Below, piece by piece: positions 58,969 to 64,000 of a DNA stretch of 64,000 nt; position 1 is the first letter of the stretch; every line of letters begins with the position of its first letter. Origin of the DNA: Longimicrobiales bacterium (GTDB taxonomy: Bacteria; Gemmatimonadota; Gemmatimonadetes; Longimicrobiales; Gaopeijiaceae); NCBI GenBank assembly GCA_965248195.1, contig CBDFIQ010000002.1, positions 1,632,001 through 1,696,000 of the forward strand, in the 5' to 3' direction. Under the pieces are notes generated by a model. That model was not told the origin of the DNA. It saw only the letters and a program-made list of their open reading frames with translations, and did not search any database. The translations under genes and the position numbers were made by a program.

Positions 58969-61035
58969 CTAGTGGGCTACCACCCCGATATCCATACCGG
59001 GCAGGCGCAGCGCGACCAAGCGACCGGGCTGGCCGACCTGCACCACGATGTGCTGGTAATCGTGATGTAGGAAACTCATCATGCCGTACTGTCCGGGGGA
59101 AGGCAGTAGGATCTCGCCCACATGGTCCCCGGTCAGCTTGTTGTATGCGTTTAGGACCGGCGGCCCGCTGGATCCCTCCGTCGCGTACAGGAGGTCACCG
59201 GACACCATCTGGATGGAGTTTCCGCCACCACCCGAGTTCGACAGGTCCACGCCCCGAAGTGCCGGGTGGTTCCTTATGTCTGCGGGTGTGTCTCCGATCG
59301 GAATCCAGTAGATCCGCTCGCCGGTGTTCATGTCGTACGCAGAAAGCCTGTTGTAGGGCGGCTTCCAAACCGGCAGGCCCTGGATGCGGGGCAAGCCGCC
59401 ACCCGGACCGGCTACCCACTCCGAGATGGTCGTGCCCGTGGTCTGTGGGTTGTCCGGCTCATCCGCGTCGGCACCCGGTGCTACGAGGCCGCCGCCGCAA
59501 CGGCGCGAGGAGGGCACGTACAGGATGCCCGTCGTCGGATCCAACGTCGCGGGATTCGTGATGTTCAGCCCTCCGGCGCACCGAATGTTATCGATTACGC
59601 CGGCATCGTGGCCCTCGAAGAGCCGGGGCATGAACGGTCCGCCGATGCGGTAGTTCTCGATCAACGCTATCGCCTCTTGCCGCAACTCGGGTGTGAAGTC
59701 GATGACGTCGTCGGGATCGAGTCCGAGGGGCTCGGACGGCTCAGGCCGTGTGGGAAGTGGCTGGGTTGGCGACGTCCAGTTTCCAGGTACCTCTGTCTGG
59801 AAGACCGGCACTTCTTCGATCGGCCATATCGGCTCCCCGGTCTCCCGGTTGAAGGCGTAGATGATGCCGGTCTTCGACGTCTGAATCAGCGCCGCAATGG
59901 CCTGCCCGTCTACTTCCAGGTCAACGAGAATCGGGACGTTCGGTAGGTCGTAATTCCACTGGTCGTTGTGGACCGTCTGGAAGTGCCACACGCGCTCGCC
60001 CGTTTGAACGTCGAGGGCGACCACGCTCGTCCCGAAGAGGTTGGCCCCGGGACGGAACCCGCCGAAATAGTCGATGGTCGGAGGATTGGTGGGGAAGTAA
60101 ACGAGCCCGAGGTTTTCGTCCGCGGACATCGGCGCCCACGAAGAGATGTCCCCCGTCCACTGCCAGGCGTCGTTCAACCACGTCTCGTGACCGACCTCGC
60201 CCGGCCGCGGAATCACGTGGAACTTCCACTTGAAGGCACCGCTCCGGGCATCGAAGGCAAGGATGTCGCCGGGGACGTTTTCGATCCGGGTTTGGTTGTA
60301 CCCTTGCTCGGCCGAATTCCCGACCACCACCACGCCGTTCACGACGATGGGAGGCGATGAGGAGGTGATGTAGCCCAACTCTCTCGGGATGCCGTGGTTA
60401 GGATCGTACGTGCCGTTGTAGGCTTGCCAGGGCCCCCAATCCGCGATGAGGGGCACCAGAAGGTCCACGACGCCCGTCGAGGGGAAGCCCTCGATCGGCA
60501 CACGGGAGCCGAAGTTCTGGATGTGCTCGCCGGTCTTCGCATCCAAGGCGTGGAGGAAGAACGCGGGAGACGTGTAGAAAATCACACCCCTTCCGTCGAC
60601 CTCTCCGTACGCCACACCCTTCCCGTAGTTCTGGCGCATCGAGCGCTCCCACCGCTCCGTGTTGGGTTCGCTGTAGGTCCACACCGTCTCACCTGTCGTT
60701 GGGTTGATCGCGGCTACTGTCCGGCGCTGGCCGGCCACGGTGTACAGGAGCCCGTCGATGTACGTTGGCGTGGACTTGAACTGCTGGTCGACCACGGGAC
60801 CGAAGTTGTCGGCACGCCACTCCCACGCGACCTCGAGGTCGGCGAAGTTGGAGGCGTCGATCTGATCGACGGGCGAGAAACGAGTGCCCCATGCGTCTCC
60901 GCTCTGGTAACGCCACTCCCCGTATGGGTTTTGGCGCTCCTGCCCGAAGCCGAGCGTGGGCGCCACCAGCAGCAGGCCGAGCACGAGGCCGAACCCATGC
61001 GAGTGGCTCTGGAGTCTGCGGGATAGTGTTGACAT
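58969..61035 (-). CDS. PQQ-dependent glucose/quinate dehydrogenase-like protein (soluble, secreted)
   Basis: FSPVDQIDASN, SSPPIV, PGDILAFD, WHFQTVH, KPPYNRL. Confidence 0.9.
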   Translation of the reverse strand: MSTLSRRLQSHSHGFGLVLGLLLVAPTLGFGQERQNPYGEWRYQSGDAWGTRFSPVDQIDASNFADLEVAWEWRADNFGPVVDQQFKSTPTYIDGLLYTVAGQRRTVAAINPTTGETVWTYSEPNTERWERSMRQNYGKGVAYGEVDGRGVIFYTSPAFFLHALDAKTGEHIQNFGSRVPIEGFPSTGVVDLLVPLIADWGPWQAYNGTYDPNHGIPRELGYITSSSPPIVVNGVVVVGNSAEQGYNQTRIENVPGDILAFDARSGAFKWKFHVIPRPGEVGHETWLNDAWQWTGDISSWAPMSADENLGLVYFPTNPPTIDYFGGFRPGANLFGTSVVALDVQTGERVWHFQTVHNDQWNYDLPNVPILVDLEVDGQAIAALIQTSKTGIIYAFNRETGEPIWPIEEVPVFQTEVPGNWTSPTQPLPTRPEPSEPLGLDPDDVIDFTPELRQEAIALIENYRIGGPFMPRLFEGHDAGVIDNIRCAGGLNITNPATLDPTTGILYVPSSRRCGGGLVAPGADADEPDNPQTTGTTISEWVAGPGGGLPRIQGLPVWKPPYNRLSAYDMNTGERIYWIPIGDTPADIRNHPALRGVDLSNSGGGGNSIQMVSGDLLYATEGSSGPPVLNAYNKLTGDHVGEILLPSPGQYGMMSFLHHDYQHIVVQVGQPGRLVALRLPGMDIGVVAH

Positions 61036-61295
61036 GGCTTCCTCACTGGTGAAACGGTGGACCGATGGGCCTCCCTGTAGGCACACCCATACGAGTTCGA
61101 GGAGTTGCGACAAAGCGACTTTTCTAACGATCGCCCATCATAAAACCGCGACAACTACATCGCCAGGGTCGGACGAGTTGCGAAGCTTCTCCCCACCGTT
61201 GCGCGCCCGATCATGATCCCACACGTTGAGGCGGGCCGTTCCCGCCGGCAGGAAGACCCCACACGTCAGGAGCAGCCGGCCTAAGGGAGGCGATC

Positions 61296-63692
61296 ATGGC
61301 GGAGAAGCTGGTCGGACAGGACATCATCCCCCAGGACCTCGTGGCCAAGATAACGGGGCGGGCACGATACGCCGAGGACTTCCGTGCGGAAGGAATGGTC
61401 TTCGCCAAGCTCCTTTCCAGCCCCATGCCCCATGCCCGGGTTCTTCGAATCGATGCCAGCGAGGCACTGGCGATGGACGGGGTCCTGGGCATCCTGACCG
61501 CCGACGAGGTGCCTTCCCCAGGGGCCCCCGCAGAGGCGGCCCTCACCATGGAGCCGCGTTACGAGGGCGAAGCGGTTCTGGCGCTCGCCGCCGTGGACGA
61601 GACCACCGCGGCAGACGCCATCGAGAAGATCCGGATCGACTTCGAGCCATTGCCGTTCGTCCTGAACCCTCTGGACAGCCTCCGGCCCGACGGGCCCAAC
61701 GGCCGCACGGAGGGTAATACTGCCATCGACGGCGAGATGACGACGCTCAAGTGGACGGAGGCCGATTTTGCCGAAGCAGGAGAGAATCGGCTTCCCCAAG
61801 GCCAGCCGGCAGCGGAATGGAGCTTCGGAGACGTCGAGGCCGGCTTTGCCGAGGCGGACCTCATCCTGGACGAGACGATCATCCACCAGTCCCTCTCACA
61901 CCACCCCTTGGAGCCCCGGAGCTGCATGGCCTACTGGCAGAACGGGAGACTCTACATGTACGGGTCCACCCAGAGCGTGGCCCAAACCCGGGCATCCCTT
62001 GCCGAAGGTCTCGGGATGGACATGGAGGATCTGGTCGTCATCGGGGAGTACTGCGGCGGTGGATTCGGCAGCAAGATCAGGGGTAACGTGATCATGCAGG
62101 TCCCGGCGCTGTTGTCACGGAAGCTCAACCGGCCGGTCATGCTTCGGATCACGCGCGCCGAAGAAACCTACCTAGGACGTGCACGCCCCGGTTTCCAGGC
62201 CCGGGCCCGGTTCGGGTTCCGCTCCGACGGTCGTATGACAGCGCTCGATCTATACGTGATTCAGGAGAACGGACCCTACGGTCTGCGTGGGGAATACATG
62301 TCCTGCGGCCAGATCGCCTCTCTCGCCTATCAGCCCGGCGCCATGCGTCAGCGCGGGGTGGCCGTGTTCACGAACACACCTCCGAAGTCCGCCCAACGGG
62401 GCCCGGGAGGCGCTCAGATCACCGGAATGCTCGAGCCGATCATGGACAAGGCGGCCCGGGAGCTCGGCATCGATCGGCTTGCCATCCGCAGGATCAACGC
62501 GCCCGACAGTGACGCTGTGTACGGACCCGACCGTACGACCATCTCCAGTGCCTTCGTTCGGGAAGCTCTCGACGAGGGGGCCGAGTTGTTCGAATGGGAA
62601 GAGCGCCTCCAGCGGAGCGGACAGCGCAACGGCACCAAGGTCACCGGTTTGGGGATCGGACTGAGTGCCTACTCGGCGGGAAGCCGCGAGTACGATGGGC
62701 TCCTGGTGATCCGCCCGGACGGGAAGCTCTACATCCACCAGGGCATCGGCAACCTGGGCACGCACTCGGTTATGGACACGGGGAAGGTTGCGGCCGAGAT
62801 CCTCGGGATGGCTTGGGCCGACTGCGAAGTCGTCTGGGGTGACACGAGCCGGAACGTGCCTTGGAGCTCCGCTCAAGGCGGGAGCCAGACCACGCTCGCC
62901 CACACCAGGGCGAACCACGCCGTTGGAATGGACGCTAAACAAAAACTTCAGGAGATCGCCGCCCGTGACCTGGGAGGGGCTCCAGAGGATTACGACCTGT
63001 CCGACGGGCGCGTTTTTCGGCGCTCCAACCCGGCAAGGGGCATGAGCTTCGCCCAGGCCGCCACCCGTGCCATCGAGCTGGGAGGTCGGTATAGCGGGGA
63101 AGAGCTGGCCCCGGAGCTCAACGACATGACCAAGGCGTCCGCAGCGGCGTTGGCCGGCCAGGGCCTGGTCGCCGCGGCGAGAGACAACTACCCGTTTAGC
63201 GGAAGTGTCCGCTCGTTCGTGGTCGGCTTCGCCGAGGTCGAGTTGGATGTCGAGACGGGCGCTGTGGAGATCAAGCAGTACACCGCGATGGTCGACTGCG
63301 GGACCATGCTGCATCCCAGGAGCCTGGGTGCCCAGATTCTAGGCGGTTCGATCCAGGGCATGGGCATCGCCCGAAGTCAGAAGTGGGTGTACGACCCGGT
63401 CTGGGGCGTCGCGTTCGCCAAGAGACTTTATACGGCCCGCCCACCAGGAATCCTGGACGTTCCACTGGACCTTCAGTGGGGGGCGGTCGAGATCCCCGAT
63501 CCCCAGACTCCCGTGGGAGCCAAGGGGATCGGAGAGCCGCCTGTGGGTGCGGGCTCGGCGGCCATCGCCTCGGCCATCTCCGATGCCCTTGGCGGAAAAT
63601 GCCTGTGCCGGACGCCCCTCACGTCGGATGTGATCCTGGCGGAGTTGGAGGGTAGGGCGCAGCCGTATACACCGCTCGAAACGCACGTCTAA
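61296..63692 (+). CDS. Xanthine dehydrogenase family molybdopterin-binding subunit
   Basis: KITGRARY, SPMPHA, EPR, GGGFGSK, AQRGPG, GGSQT, AKGIGEP. Confidence 0.93.
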   Translation: MAEKLVGQDIIPQDLVAKITGRARYAEDFRAEGMVFAKLLSSPMPHARVLRIDASEALAMDGVLGILTADEVPSPGAPAEAALTMEPRYEGEAVLALAAVDETTAADAIEKIRIDFEPLPFVLNPLDSLRPDGPNGRTEGNTAIDGEMTTLKWTEADFAEAGENRLPQGQPAAEWSFGDVEAGFAEADLILDETIIHQSLSHHPLEPRSCMAYWQNGRLYMYGSTQSVAQTRASLAEGLGMDMEDLVVIGEYCGGGFGSKIRGNVIMQVPALLSRKLNRPVMLRITRAEETYLGRARPGFQARARFGFRSDGRMTALDLYVIQENGPYGLRGEYMSCGQIASLAYQPGAMRQRGVAVFTNTPPKSAQRGPGGAQITGMLEPIMDKAARELGIDRLAIRRINAPDSDAVYGPDRTTISSAFVREALDEGAELFEWEERLQRSGQRNGTKVTGLGIGLSAYSAGSREYDGLLVIRPDGKLYIHQGIGNLGTHSVMDTGKVAAEILGMAWADCEVVWGDTSRNVPWSSAQGGSQTTLAHTRANHAVGMDAKQKLQEIAARDLGGAPEDYDLSDGRVFRRSNPARGMSFAQAATRAIELGGRYSGEELAPELNDMTKASAAALAGQGLVAAARDNYPFSGSVRSFVVGFAEVELDVETGAVEIKQYTAMVDCGTMLHPRSLGAQILGGSIQGMGIARSQKWVYDPVWGVAFAKRLYTARPPGILDVPLDLQWGAVEIPDPQTPVGAKGIGEPPVGAGSAAIASAISDALGGKCLCRTPLTSDVILAELEGRAQPYTPLETHV

Positions 63693-63727
63693 GCTGTACG
63701 GGCAAGACGGTCCCGTGGTCTCTTGTG

Positions 63728-64000
63728 TCAGCCCTCTGCCCGTTTGGCCGTCCAGTCTCCCCGGGCCATGCCTCCGAAATCCGCCGACCCGGACATGCCG
63801 TCGTCGACCACGGTCCCGGAGAAGACGATATACACTGGGGTGCCCTGGAAGTCCAAGTCCCACGCGAAGCGGACGTTTCCGTCGTCGAGGGTGCCCTCCA
63901 ATTCGAGCCGGCCGAATTCACCGCCTTCGCCCGTGACGGTCAAGTCTTGCCCGTCTTGCTTGATCGTAATGTCAAACGAGAAGGCGGCACCCTGATCACT
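63728..64000 (-). CDS. Small beta-rich hypothetical protein, 3' part (5' end outside window)
   Basis: Frame is open to the window end: SDQGAAFSFDITIKQDGQDLTVTG...FSGTVVDDGMSGSADFGGMARGDWTAKRAEG*. Confidence 0.75.
   Translation of the reverse strand, partial: SDQGAAFSFDITIKQDGQDLTVTGEGGEFGRLELEGTLDDGNVRFAWDLDFQGTPVYIVFSGTVVDDGMSGSADFGGMARGDWTAKRAEG

Noticed and set aside
61036..61295. Moco riboswitch upstream of the molybdoenzyme
   Set aside because: Only a CCTAAG word matches; I could not build the required stems.
61296..63692. Aerobic CO dehydrogenase CoxL
   Set aside because: Lacks the AYXCSFR motif, and no coxMS are adjacent.
1..64000. tRNA/rRNA, IS elements, prophage, retron/DGR, Sec/Pyl read-through
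   Set aside because: No such signatures recognised by eye; dedicated scans would be needed to exclude them fully.

Overview
GC-rich 64 kb chromosomal window with about 45 mostly unlinked genes. The gene repertoire (MSDxVARLNAALxGRY-type Ser/Thr kinase with a TolB-like propeller, ADOP-type orphan ABC permease, choice-of-anchor B protein, several PQQ enzymes, NHL/PAL-like proteins) suggests Gemmatimonadota or a similar Acidobacteria-like heterotroph (inference). Most genes encode exported catabolic enzymes. A few are housekeeping-type (mtgA, yaaA, korAB, acetoacetate-CoA ligase, tonB). By eye I found no rRNA, tRNA, CRISPR array, transposase, integrase, reverse transcriptase or transcription factor. 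Most interesting observations: (1) a ~40-47 bp promoter-like element fused to the kinase start codon recurs twice elsewhere without a kinase; (2) a twin-arginine MIOX/PhnZ-like HD protein sits beside a membrane-anchored FMN-binding protein with a flavinylation motif; (3) two divergent type IV pilins, one closely matching the Geobacter PilA aromatic pattern; (4) a TauE + CuyA/DcyD-like pair; (5) two convergent Tat-exported PLP enzymes; (6) a Tat gene apparently collapsed by two deletions; (7) many short tandem duplications, several overlapping stop codons. All family assignments come from recognising motifs by eye; no database searches were run.
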